64,000 bases of DNA from Alphaproteobacteria bacterium (GTDB lineage: Bacteria > Pseudomonadota > Alphaproteobacteria > GCA-2731375). Location of the stretch: the NCBI GenBank assembly GCA_965225945.1, contig CBDDBZ010000034.1, positions 96,001 through 160,000 on the forward strand, in the 5' to 3' direction. Below, one piece after another: positions 43,087 through 52,195 of this stretch (position 1 is its first letter; each line of letters opens with the position of its first letter). A program made the translations under genes and the position numbers. The notes below the pieces were generated by a model. That model worked only from the letters and a program-made list of their open reading frames with translations, searched no databases and was not told where the DNA came from.

Positions 43087-44546
43087 GCGGCGCGGCGCTG
43101 ATCGGGCTGGCGCTCGCGCTCCCGCTGGTGGGCGCGGTGGGCATCGCGCTCAGCAACCGGATCGAGAATCTGCGCGAGAGCGTGACGCTGGCGACGGCGG
43201 CTGCGCTGTTCGCGTGCGTGGTGGCAATCTATCACCGGGTCGCGGCCGGCGAGGAGGTGGCGCTGATCCTGCTGCCGATGCTGCCGGACGTGCCGCTCGC
43301 CTTCCGGGTCGAGCCCTTGGGGATGATTTTCGCCCTCGTCGCCTCGGGCCTCTGGATCATCACCTCGATCTATTCGATCGGCTACATGCGCGCCAACAGG
43401 GAGCATGCGCAGACCCGCTTCTATATCTGCTTCGCGATCGCGCTGGGCAGCACCATCGGCGTCGCCTTCGCCGACAACCTGCTGACGCTGTTCGTCTTCT
43501 ACGAGGCGCTGTCGCTCTCGACCTATCCGCTGGTGGCCCACCGGGAGGACGGCGAGGCCAAACGGGGCGGGCGGACCTACATCGGTCTGCTGCTGGCGAC
43601 TTCGATCGGCCTGCTGCTGTTCGCGATCCTGGTGACGCTCGTCGAGGCGGGGACGCTCGACTTCCGCCCGGGCGGGATCATGGCCGGCCGCGTGTCGGAG
43701 GGGCTGGCGGCGGTTTTGCTGGTCATCTACATGTACGGCATCGGCAAGGCCGCCCTGATGCCGCTGCATCGCTGGCTGCCGGCGGCGATGGTGGCGCCGA
43801 CCCCGGTCTCGGCCTTGCTGCACGCGGTGGCGGTGGTGAAGGCCGGCGTCTTCACCGTGGTCAAGGTCGCGGTCTATACTTTCGGCATCGACTATCTCCA
43901 AGTGTTGCCGACCAGCGACCTGATCTTGGGGCTAGCCGGCTTCACGGTGATCACCGCCTCGATCATCGCGCTCAGGCAGGACAACCTGAAGGCCCGCCTC
44001 GCCTATTCGACGGTGAGCCAGCTATCCTACGTGGTGCTGGCGACATTTATCCTGGCGCCGCTTTCGGTGATGGGCGCCGCGCTGCACATCGCGGCGCACG
44101 CCCTCGGCAAGATCACCCTGTTCTTCGCCGCCGGCTCGATCCATACCGCCGCGCACAAGACCGAGATCAGCCAGCTCGACGGCATCGGCCGACGCATGCC
44201 CTGGACCATGGGCGCCTTCGCGCTCGGTGCGCTCTCGATGATCGGGGTGCCGCCGGCGGTGGGTTTCCTCTCGAAGTGGTACATGCTGGTGGGGGCGCAC
44301 GCGGCGGGCCAATGGTTCGCAATCGCCGTCATCGTCGCCTCGACGCTGTTGAACGCGGCCTATTACCTGCCCATCGTGCACCGGGCGTTCCTGAAACCGC
44401 TCGAGCCCGAGGACGAGGCGCGGCCCCACGGCGAGGCGCCGCTCTCCATCGTCATCGCGGTGGTGGCGACGGCGGCGCTGACGATCCTGCTGTTCTTCTG
44501 GTCAGGCCCGGTCACCGGCCTGGCCCGGGCGCTCTCGGGGGCTTGA
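43083..44546 (+). CDS. Mrp/Mnh antiporter subunit D family protein (2)
   Basis: FVFYEALS, KAALMPLHRWLP, LLHAVAVVKAG, LKARLAYST. Confidence 0.9.
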   Translation: MSGAALIGLALALPLVGAVGIALSNRIENLRESVTLATAAALFACVVAIYHRVAAGEEVALILLPMLPDVPLAFRVEPLGMIFALVASGLWIITSIYSIGYMRANREHAQTRFYICFAIALGSTIGVAFADNLLTLFVFYEALSLSTYPLVAHREDGEAKRGGRTYIGLLLATSIGLLLFAILVTLVEAGTLDFRPGGIMAGRVSEGLAAVLLVIYMYGIGKAALMPLHRWLPAAMVAPTPVSALLHAVAVVKAGVFTVVKVAVYTFGIDYLQVLPTSDLILGLAGFTVITASIIALRQDNLKARLAYSTVSQLSYVVLATFILAPLSVMGAALHIAAHALGKITLFFAAGSIHTAAHKTEISQLDGIGRRMPWTMGAFALGALSMIGVPPAVGFLSKWYMLVGAHAAGQWFAIAVIVASTLLNAAYYLPIVHRAFLKPLEPEDEARPHGEAPLSIVIAVVATAALTILLFFWSGPVTGLARALSGA

Positions 44547-44556
44547 GGAGGGGGCG

Positions 44557-44832
44557 ATGGACGACGATAGGCATTGGCTCGAGCGGCCGCGCACCATCAC
44601 CTGGCTGTGGCGCGGCGGGATCGCGATCCTGGTCCTCACGGTGCTGGCTGATCTGCTTTACGAGCCGCATCCCTATTTCGTCGTCGACGGCTGGTTCGGC
44701 TTCCACGCGGCATTCGGCTTTCTCGCCTGTCTCGCCATGGTGTTGTTCGCCAAGCTCCTGGGCCTCTGGGTGAAGCGCCCCGACAGCTTCTACCTCGACG
44801 AGGACGGCAGCGACGACGACGGCGGCGGGTAG
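44557..44832 (+). CDS. Small two-TM hypothetical protein within the mrp operon
   Basis: WLERP, GFHAAFGF, KRPDSFY; RBS GAGGAG. Confidence 0.7.
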   Translation: MDDDRHWLERPRTITWLWRGGIAILVLTVLADLLYEPHPYFVVDGWFGFHAAFGFLACLAMVLFAKLLGLWVKRPDSFYLDEDGSDDDGGG

Positions 44833-44836
44833 CGCC

Positions 44837-46516
44837 ATGGTCCTGCCACCCGCCCTGATCATGTTCGTGGGCGCGGCGTTGATCGCCGGGCTCCGGGGCC
44901 GCGCGCGCGACGTGGCGGTGCTGGTGGTGCCGCTGGTGACGCTGTTCTTCATCTGGCTTGTGCCGGACGGGGCGGCGGTGGCGGTGCCCTTCCTCGGCCA
45001 CGAGCTGGTGCCGCTCGAGGGGAGCGCGCTCTCGCGTCTCTTCGCCACGATCTTCGCCGTCATGGCCTTCACCGGCGGGCTCTTCGCCTTGAAGCAACCC
45101 AATCGGCTGGAGCTGCCGGCGGCGACCGTCTATGGCGGCGCGGCCATCGGCGTCTGCTTCGCGGGCGATCTCGTCACCCTCTTCGTCTTTTGGGAGGTGA
45201 TGGCCCTCGCCTCGCTCGCGGTGATCTGGTCGGCCGGCACGGCCACCGCCTACGGCGCCTCCATGCGCTATGTGCTGGTGCATTTCCTCGGCGGCATGAT
45301 CCTGCTGGTCGGCATCGTCGCCTATGTCGGCGAAACCGGGTCGCTCGCCTTCGTGGCGATGCGCCCGGAAAGCCCGGCGACCTGGCTGATCCTCGGCGGT
45401 TTCCTGCTCAACGCGGGCGCGCCGCCGGTTTCCGCCTGGCTGTCCGACGCCTATCCCGAGGCCTCCTTCTCCGGCACCGTCTTTCTCTCGGGCTTCACCA
45501 CCAAGACGGCGGTTTACGTCCTGCTGCGCGGCTTTCCCGGCGCCGAGATCCTGATTCCGATCGGCTGCTACATGATCTTCCACGGCATCATCTATGCGCT
45601 GCTGGAGAACGACATGCGGCGCATCCTGGCCTATTCGATCATCAATCAGGTGGGCTTCATGGTGGTCGGCGCCGGCATCGGCACCGAGATGGCGGTGAAT
45701 GGTGCGGCCGCGCATGCCTTCACCCACATCATTTATAAGGCGCTGCTGTTGATGTCGGCGGGCTCGGTGCTGCTGATGAACGGGGGCAGGCGCAAGTGCA
45801 CCGATCTCGGCGGCCTGTTCAAGTCCATGCCCTATACGGCGGCGATGGGGATCGTCGGCGCGCTCGCCATCTCCTCCTTCCCGCTGACCTCCGGCTTCAT
45901 CTCGAAGTCGATGATCAGCCAGGGTGCGGCGGACCTGCAGCTGACCTGGCTCTGGCTGGGGCTCGCGGCGGCCTCGGCCGGGGTCTTTTTGCATGCCGGC
46001 ATCAAGTTTCCCTGGTTCGTCTTCTTTCAGAAGGATTCCGGGCGCCGGCCGGCCGAGCCGCCGCTCAATATGGAGCTCGCCATGGGCCTCTTCGCCTTCC
46101 TCTGCATCGCGCTCGGGGTCTATCCGGACCCGCTCTACGCGCTGTTGCCCTATCCCGTAGACTACGTGCCCTACACCACCGGCCACGTGGTGGCGATGCT
46201 GCAGTTGCTGCTGTTCTCGGGGCTCGCCTTCTTCTTGCTGCTGGGGCTGATGAGGCGCAGCCTCACCGTCAGCCTCGACCTCGACTGGTTCTATCGGCGC
46301 GCCGGACCTTGGGCTTGGCACGGGATCGAGACGGTGGCCGTCGCCTGCCACGGGGCGCTCTGGCGCGGCATGGAGGACGGCCTGGCGCTGACGATCCGTG
46401 CCCTCCAACGCCACCACGGACCCCGCGGCATCCTGGCCCGGACCTGGCCCACCGGCTCGATGGCAATCTGGGCGGCGGCGCTGCTGGGCGGCGCGCTGCT
46501 GGTCTATTTCCGCTGA
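44837..46516 (+). CDS. Na+/H+ antiporter subunit D family protein (3)
   Basis: FVFWEVM, WLSDAYPEA, RRILAYS, HIIYKALL. Confidence 0.9.
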   Translation: MVLPPALIMFVGAALIAGLRGRARDVAVLVVPLVTLFFIWLVPDGAAVAVPFLGHELVPLEGSALSRLFATIFAVMAFTGGLFALKQPNRLELPAATVYGGAAIGVCFAGDLVTLFVFWEVMALASLAVIWSAGTATAYGASMRYVLVHFLGGMILLVGIVAYVGETGSLAFVAMRPESPATWLILGGFLLNAGAPPVSAWLSDAYPEASFSGTVFLSGFTTKTAVYVLLRGFPGAEILIPIGCYMIFHGIIYALLENDMRRILAYSIINQVGFMVVGAGIGTEMAVNGAAAHAFTHIIYKALLLMSAGSVLLMNGGRRKCTDLGGLFKSMPYTAAMGIVGALAISSFPLTSGFISKSMISQGAADLQLTWLWLGLAAASAGVFLHAGIKFPWFVFFQKDSGRRPAEPPLNMELAMGLFAFLCIALGVYPDPLYALLPYPVDYVPYTTGHVVAMLQLLLFSGLAFFLLLGLMRRSLTVSLDLDWFYRRAGPWAWHGIETVAVACHGALWRGMEDGLALTIRALQRHHGPRGILARTWPTGSMAIWAAALLGGALLVYFR

Positions 46517-46636
46517 CGCGGGCGCCGGATCGCGGCGCGTGAGCGCGGAGCGAAACCGAAGCAGAAGGCCGCCGGTTCGGGTCGAGTGCACTGTCACTAT
46601 CGTCCCTATCTGGTTAAAGCAGGATGGGCTCCGAAT

Positions 46637-46651
46637 GTTCTTGATATGTTC
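46637..46651 (+). promoter_or_regulatory. LexA box inside the IS, upstream of the transposase
   Basis: GTTC-TTGATAT-GTTC, exact GTTC-N7-GTTC, ending 54 bp before the ATG at 46705. Confidence 0.7.
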
Positions 46652-46704
46652 TCCATAGAGGTGTAGGCTGATCGCATCGGCTGGAGCTTTTGGAGGACTA
46701 TTCG

Positions 46705-47673
46705 ATGAGCGGGATATTGGAGTTCCTCGAACGCCATGGATCGGAGGCGGACTGCATCGAGGCGCTGGCTCGGCTGCGCTGGCCGCAAGGCTACGTCTGC
46801 GCGCGTTGCGGCGAGAGGCGGAACTACCAATTGAAGACGCGGCCGCGGGTCTTCGAATGCGCCGGTTGCGGCCATCAGGAATCGGTGACCGCGGGCACGG
46901 TCTTCCACCGCACCCGCACACCGTTGCGCAAATGGTTCCTGGCGGCGTGGTGGATGGGGCGCGACAAGCGCGGGGTCTCGGCGCTGTTTCTGTCGCGAGA
47001 GTTGAGCCTGCGCTACGACACCGCCTGGCTGATGGCCCACAAGCTGCGCCATGCCCTGACGGAGCGCCCGGAGTTCCCGCTGGAGGGCTTGGTCGAGGTC
47101 GACGAGAGCTATTACGGCGGGCGGGGCAAGCCGGAGAGCCGGGGGCGCGGGCTTTCCAACCCGAACAAGAGCCTGTTGGTGATGGCGGTCGAGAAGTGGC
47201 CGGTCGGGTCGGGCAAGGGCATCAAGGGGAGCGGCTTCGCCGCCGGCGCCGCGCGGCTCGCCATCCTGCCCGAGGCCACCGCCCGTGAGTTGGGCGACTT
47301 CGTGCGCGCCTCGGTGAAGCCGGGAAGCCGCCTCGACAGCGACGCTTTCAAGAGTTACGCCAAGCTTGGCGATACTTATCGCCACCAGCCCGTCGTTCAA
47401 GGCCAAGGCAAGAACGCCGAGCAGCTCATGCCGGTCGTCCATGTCCTGTTTTCCAACGTGAAGACGTGGCTCAACGGAACCTACCACGGGGTGAGCGCCA
47501 AGCATTTGCCGCGCTACGTCCGGGAATGGAACTACCGCTTCAACCGGCGCAAACGCATCTTCGACCTTGCCGATTTCGTGTTGCACCGCGCCATGACCCG
47601 ACCGACCATCACCTACAGGGAACTGGTCGACGGTATACAATCGCAGGGAGCGCTGCCTGCCTTAACCGGATAG
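46705..47673 (+). CDS. IS1595 family transposase
   Basis: CARC...CAGC zinc ribbon, VEVDESY, SDA, NVKTWLNGTYHGVS, EWNYRFNRR. Confidence 0.94.
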   Translation: MSGILEFLERHGSEADCIEALARLRWPQGYVCARCGERRNYQLKTRPRVFECAGCGHQESVTAGTVFHRTRTPLRKWFLAAWWMGRDKRGVSALFLSRELSLRYDTAWLMAHKLRHALTERPEFPLEGLVEVDESYYGGRGKPESRGRGLSNPNKSLLVMAVEKWPVGSGKGIKGSGFAAGAARLAILPEATARELGDFVRASVKPGSRLDSDAFKSYAKLGDTYRHQPVVQGQGKNAEQLMPVVHVLFSNVKTWLNGTYHGVSAKHLPRYVREWNYRFNRRKRIFDLADFVLHRAMTRPTITYRELVDGIQSQGALPALTG

Positions 47674-47999
47674 GGACGGTCACTATAATTGCACTGTAAT
47701 TGGGCTAAAATGCGCCGAATTGCCGCGCGTCATCCCGGATGGCGACGTTTTCGAGCGCGTTTATAATACGATCCGAATATTCCAAATACCATCAAGATAT
47801 TGAAATTCAACGCCGTTCCAGCTTCGCCGCGGCCCGGCCGAATGTCGTTCTGCAAAAAACGCCTCTCGGGCCTGAAAAACCATAATGCCGCATATATAGA
47901 AATAAGTATTTTCCGCTGCTACGGTTGTATTTTGACACTAGATTTCCTACCTGGGGGATTATTGCCGCGATCGAAATTTCTTATCGGCGAGTCCAGCCC

Positions 48000-48791
48000 T
48001 TGTCCGAGCCATTGCCCTGCGAGCCGAGCCCACCCGTGCCCCGGCGGCTGAACGCGACGCGCCACGGTCTCGCCGGCGCCGCGCCGGTGCTGCCCTGGGA
48101 GAACGCGGAGCAGCGCGCCCGGCTCCTGGAGCAGCTTCGTGGCGAGCACGCCCCCGCCGGAGGGACGGAAAGCCATCTGGTCGAGGAGCTGGCGGACATC
48201 CTCTGGCGCCGCCGCCGGCTGCGCCGCGCGGAGCACGCGGCGCACCACGACTGCCTGCGGCGGATCACTTCGGACGGGGCCTCCCACGTCAGCTCCGGCG
48301 AGTCGGCCTGGCTGGCGACGCCGCTGCTCCTGGTCTCGGACACCTCCCGCGTCGCGCCGGGCGCCGTGCGCGACGTCCTGCGCCTGGACCAGGCGGCGCG
48401 ACGCGACGCGCTGGGCGCGCTCGACGCCCGGCTCGAGGCGGCGCGCGCGGCCGGGCGCTACGCCGAGGGCGCGCGGGCCACCGAGGGCGGCATCGAGCGG
48501 CGTCTCGATCGGGCCTCGCGCGAGGCCTGGTATCGGGCGGCGGCGGAGACCCCGTGCGACCCTGGGGCCGAGCCGTCGCTCTTCGCGTGGCTGCACGAGA
48601 CGCTCCTGCCGGCGCTCGAAGCCCGCCGCGCCGTGCTGGTGCATGGCGATCTGATCCGCGACCACCTCTTCGCCAGCGCCCTCGACGAGGCGGCGCTGGA
48701 ACGGCTGCAGCGCCATGACGCCGCTCTCGACCGCAGGTTCGAGCGCACGCTCTCCATGCTGGTCAAGCTGAAGGCGCTGCGCGAGGCGTAG
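48000..48791 (+). CDS. Hypothetical helical protein with NATRHGL motif
   Basis: NATRHGL...VLPWE...LVEELADILWRRRRLRRAE...LDRRFERTLSML; start uncertain. Confidence 0.6.
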   Translation: MSEPLPCEPSPPVPRRLNATRHGLAGAAPVLPWENAEQRARLLEQLRGEHAPAGGTESHLVEELADILWRRRRLRRAEHAAHHDCLRRITSDGASHVSSGESAWLATPLLLVSDTSRVAPGAVRDVLRLDQAARRDALGALDARLEAARAAGRYAEGARATEGGIERRLDRASREAWYRAAAETPCDPGAEPSLFAWLHETLLPALEARRAVLVHGDLIRDHLFASALDEAALERLQRHDAALDRRFERTLSMLVKLKALREA

Positions 48792-48944
48792 ACTCCATCC
48801 GGGGTCAGGGAATCGGTTCCGAGCGCGCTCGAGCGGGTCGGCGCCTGCGATTCGACGTTCGAGACCTGGGACCCCAGTCTTGGATGCCCAAGAAAAGGGG
48901 TCATTCTGCTTTTGTTCCGCTCCAGCGAATAAAGTACAACCTGA

Positions 48945-49892
48945 TTACGCACTAACCTCAGCCAACTTCAGGAGCCGATATGGCATGGGCGGCGTATGCA
49001 GGGCATCGCGGCCGAGGGCTTCGATCATGTCGGCGAGCCGGTAGCGGCGGTTGTATCGGTACTGGAACGCCGCCAGGTAGCGCGGCACATGCTTGGGTCG
49101 GATCGCATGGTAGGTACCGCGCAGGGTGTTTTTGAGGTTGCCGAGGGTGGTGTTGACCCATTTGAAGGCGGGCACGGCGACGGCCCCGGGTCCGGAGCCG
49201 GTGGATATCGGATGATGCGCACAGCCCCGCGTGGTGACGGCGGTGAAGCAGTTGAGCCCGTCGCTGAAAACGCTCGCCCCAGGGCTCAGGTCGCGCTTGG
49301 CCATCTTGGCGATCTCGCTCTTGCGGAAGCCCTTGACGCGGCGCAGCTTGATGCGCACGGGCTGGCCCTCCGCCGTGGTCTGGACGGCGGCGACGAACGG
49401 CGTCTTGCCCGGCGCGCCCCGGCCGCGCTTGGCCCCGGAACGCCGGCCGCCGAGGTAGGCATCGTCCATCTCCACCCGCCCGGTGAGCGGCAATTTGGCA
49501 TCGCGCTCGAGCATGGACTGCATCAGTTTCTGCTTGATCTTCCAGGCCGTGGTCTGGGTGACGCCGAGCCGCCGGCCGAGTTCGAGGGAGGAGATCCCTT
49601 TCTTCGATTGGGTCATGTGATAGATCGCCGAGAACCACAGGGTCAGCGCCAGCTTGGTCGCGTGGAAGAGCGTGCCGGCGGTCAGCGAAACTTGATGACG
49701 GCAGGCGGCGCATTGGTAGAGTTTTCGCCCGGCGATCTCGCAATGGCGCGTGGCGCCACATCGGGGGCAGGCGAACCCCTCCGGCCAGCGCCAGCGGAAC
49801 AGGGCCTCGCGACACTGCTGCTCGGTACCGTACAACTCACGAAAACGCGGCTCGCTGAGCCCCTTCTGGAACTGAACCTTGTTGCGTGGCAT
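48945..49892 (-). CDS. IS1595 family transposase
   Basis: MPRNKVQFQKGLS, CPRC...CAAC, VEMDDAYLGG, SDG, NLKNTLRGTYHA, YRYNRRY. Confidence 0.94.
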   Translation of the reverse strand: MPRNKVQFQKGLSEPRFRELYGTEQQCREALFRWRWPEGFACPRCGATRHCEIAGRKLYQCAACRHQVSLTAGTLFHATKLALTLWFSAIYHMTQSKKGISSLELGRRLGVTQTTAWKIKQKLMQSMLERDAKLPLTGRVEMDDAYLGGRRSGAKRGRGAPGKTPFVAAVQTTAEGQPVRIKLRRVKGFRKSEIAKMAKRDLSPGASVFSDGLNCFTAVTTRGCAHHPISTGSGPGAVAVPAFKWVNTTLGNLKNTLRGTYHAIRPKHVPRYLAAFQYRYNRRYRLADMIEALGRDALHTPPMPYRLLKLAEVSA

Positions 49893-49958
49893 CGTGAATC
49901 TCCTGTAAAACCACCAAATGTTCACGATTTGTACCACATCAATCCGGCTGAGTAAAGT

Positions 49959-50012
49959 GACCACCTCACATACATCCTCTCGCGGTCAGGAGCGGGGTAC
50001 CTGGGTAGTTAC
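49959..50012 (-). mobile_element. Isolated left-end fragment of the IS66-MTase element
   Basis: Reverse complement GTAACTACCCAGGTACCCCGCTCCTGACCGCGAGAGGATGTATGTGAGGTGGTC is near-identical to 9372-9423. Confidence 0.85.
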
Positions 50013-50178
50013 AAATGTTCACGATTTGTACCACATCAATCCGGCGTAAAGTGCGTAATCAGGAAGTACAGTGACCCCTTTTTTGCGTGTGTGACCCCTC
50101 GTGTGTGGTGATTCTCTCGCTGCTATCGGCTGCCTATCGCATCCGCGCCCGGCCGCTGGCACTGTCTTCATGTCGTCT

Positions 50179-51732
50179 CTAATGACCGATCCAATCGGAC
50201 TCGAAACGTGCGTAACAGTCACGCTCGCCCGGCATCTTCAGCCACCCCGCCAGCAACCGAACGGTCGCGAGCAGCAGCCGGTCGCGCAGATGGGTCGAAT
50301 TATGGCCATATTCTTCGTAGGTCGAATGTGTGATCTTCTGATTATGCGGGTCGTTCTGAAACTTGCATGCGGTCACCGCCACCGAAGACAGGTACGGCTT
50401 GCGATCGGCCCCGGATTGCAGATAAGCGTGCGCCAGCGCCGTGGCACGTGGGAAGTCGAGTGAGAGAATCGTCTCGTCGAGTTCCTTTAGCAGAGTCGCG
50501 TCGTCCCTTCGGGAAACATCGTGCGCCAAGAGCTCTTGTTCGACGACCGGCTCGAACAGCTTATTAGAGCGGGCCACGTCGTTGACGAAATTGGCCATCA
50601 AGTAAAGCACACGCGGCTGGTAGGGATTGTCGCTCGTGCGGAACCAATCGTTCGCCGTGTTGCAGTAGTCGAGGGCATGCTGACCATCGGTGAAGCTTCT
50701 GGGTACGGTGGTCCGCAAGATCAGCTCGGCGGCGGCGACCTGGATGGTGTCGCCGAGGCTCTTGATCGACTTGCCGCCCTGAAGCCGCTCGGTGATGCGC
50801 TCGAACAGGGTTTCCTGATCCGCGGTCATCAGTAGCGCAACCATCTCCTCGACCTCTTCGTCGCTGAGCGCGCTCCGGTTCGCCTGCTCGAGACTCTTGC
50901 CACCGTCGTCGGGGAAGGCGTCGGCGAACATGACGCACACCGAATCGTAGAGCGAGTAGTACAGCGGCCCGATCGCCATGTCCGGCACCCCCATGTAGAA
51001 TACCCCATGGGCCTTCTCCCAACCGATGTAATCGGCCAGATCGGTAATGGCCCGGGCGCGAATCGACTTGTGCCCGGTGTTTCTCGCCTTGCGCCCGATG
51101 ATCGTTTCCTGCATGTCGATGACCCCGAGGAAGCGGATCTGATCACGCAACCGGGCGCGCGCGCTTTCGTCCGCGGCCAGACCCAGGAACAGCCCGTAGG
51201 AGCGTTTGGCGTCGCCGCTGATGGTCGCGACCATGTGCTCATGCAGGCGCTCCTCGACCGTTCCCTCGGTGACGATCGGGCTCTGCTCGGGGTTCCACAC
51301 CACCGGGCCGTAGTCCGGCGGCGGCACGTCCATGCCTTTCATCAAGGCGTAGCGCCCGGGGTAGCGGCCCAGCAGCTGATTCCAGATGTCGAGACCGGCC
51401 GGCACATACCAGATGCTCTGCAACAGGGGTAGGAGGCGATACGCTTCGGGCATGAACGGCATCAGGCTGACCGAGGCACGCAAGCCGAGCAGGGTGTGGT
51501 CATTGTTGACCAGGGTGATGTTGCCATCGCGCATATTGATGTGGCTGTGAACCTGTACGTACGGCGCCTCGGCGGCCACGACGATGCTCAGCGCATCGCC
51601 CACGGAGCGCCCCTGGTGGACCACCATCCGGTGGAAGATGTCGGCCGTGCGGGGTTGATCGCGCTCCAGGATCGCCTGGTTCAAGGCATCGAAATTCTCG
51701 TCCTGGGATATCTGCTCTCGGGTCACCAGCAT
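50179..51732 (-). CDS. Hypothetical alpha-helical protein (517 aa) with four spaced His motifs
   Basis: Long ORF with ATG at 51732 after GGAG; NDHTL, GHKSI, QHAL, DPHNQK. Confidence 0.75.
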   Translation of the reverse strand: MLVTREQISQDENFDALNQAILERDQPRTADIFHRMVVHQGRSVGDALSIVVAAEAPYVQVHSHINMRDGNITLVNNDHTLLGLRASVSLMPFMPEAYRLLPLLQSIWYVPAGLDIWNQLLGRYPGRYALMKGMDVPPPDYGPVVWNPEQSPIVTEGTVEERLHEHMVATISGDAKRSYGLFLGLAADESARARLRDQIRFLGVIDMQETIIGRKARNTGHKSIRARAITDLADYIGWEKAHGVFYMGVPDMAIGPLYYSLYDSVCVMFADAFPDDGGKSLEQANRSALSDEEVEEMVALLMTADQETLFERITERLQGGKSIKSLGDTIQVAAAELILRTTVPRSFTDGQHALDYCNTANDWFRTSDNPYQPRVLYLMANFVNDVARSNKLFEPVVEQELLAHDVSRRDDATLLKELDETILSLDFPRATALAHAYLQSGADRKPYLSSVAVTACKFQNDPHNQKITHSTYEEYGHNSTHLRDRLLLATVRLLAGWLKMPGERDCYARFESDWIGH

Positions 51733-51772
51733 CGCTGTTCTCCACGCAACCGTTTTCTTTGGATCATCGAGT

Positions 51773-52140
51773 TCAGGTCCTCGTCGGAGCCGAGTACCCG
51801 GGCCGCCGTCCCCGTTCCCAGACATGGGCGCGGGCCACGTCTTCGTTCAAATCACCACCCCAGCCCGGGCGGTTTGGGATGATCACATCGCCGTTCACGA
51901 TCTCGAGCTTTGCCGTCAGAAGATCATCTTTCCACGGCACGTCATCGATGTCGATTTCCGAGATGCGAACATTGCCCACCGACGCGCAGAGATGCACCGA
52001 GTGAAGGGTGGACAGATGGCTGTAGTAGTTGTGCGGTGCGATGTTGATGTCGAAGCTCTCCGCCATGTCCGCGACCTTCTTTGCTTGCGTGAAGCCGTTC
52101 CACGGCAGGTCGACCATGCAGACGTCCATGGCCCGGGCTT
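51773..52140 (-). pseudogene. Mandelate racemase/muconate lactonizing enzyme family, 5'-truncated
   Basis: Only the C-terminal EARAMDVCMVDLPWNG...IAPHNYYSH...EIDIDDVPW...PGWG part remains; ends at hairpin copy 2. Confidence 0.8.
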
Positions 52141-52195
52141 CGCCGGAGAAAAGGGGTCATTCTGCTTTTGTTCCGCTCCAGCGAATAAAGTACAA

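Larger units (their letters stand above)
46601..47678 (+). mobile_element. IS1595-family element (ISSod11-like ends), apparently intact
   Basis: TIR CGTCCCTATC(T/C)GGTTAA; 8-bp TSD GTCACTAT (46593-46600 / 47679-47686). Confidence 0.93.
48940..50063 (-). mobile_element. IS1595-family element (IS1595-group CCTGATT ends)
   Basis: 14-bp TIR CCTGATTACGCACT; TSD AAGTACAA / AAGTACAG (7 of 8 match). Confidence 0.92.
48893..50082. repeat. 58-bp hairpin element, copy 1 (split by IS at 48940-50063)
   Basis: AAAAGGGGTCATTCTGCTTTTGTTCCGCTCCAGCGAATAAAGTACAA | TGACCCCTTTT. Confidence 0.85.

Noticed and set aside
48879-48892. TTGGATGCCCAAG as a duplicated tRNA-Phe 3' end (att site)
   Set aside because: Only a short gapped resemblance to TTGGTGCCCAGG; too weak to call.
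48903-48917. ATTC-TGCTTTT-GTTC within the hairpin as a LexA box
   Set aside because: One mismatch at a conserved G, and no adjacent promoter or gene to regulate; may be chance.
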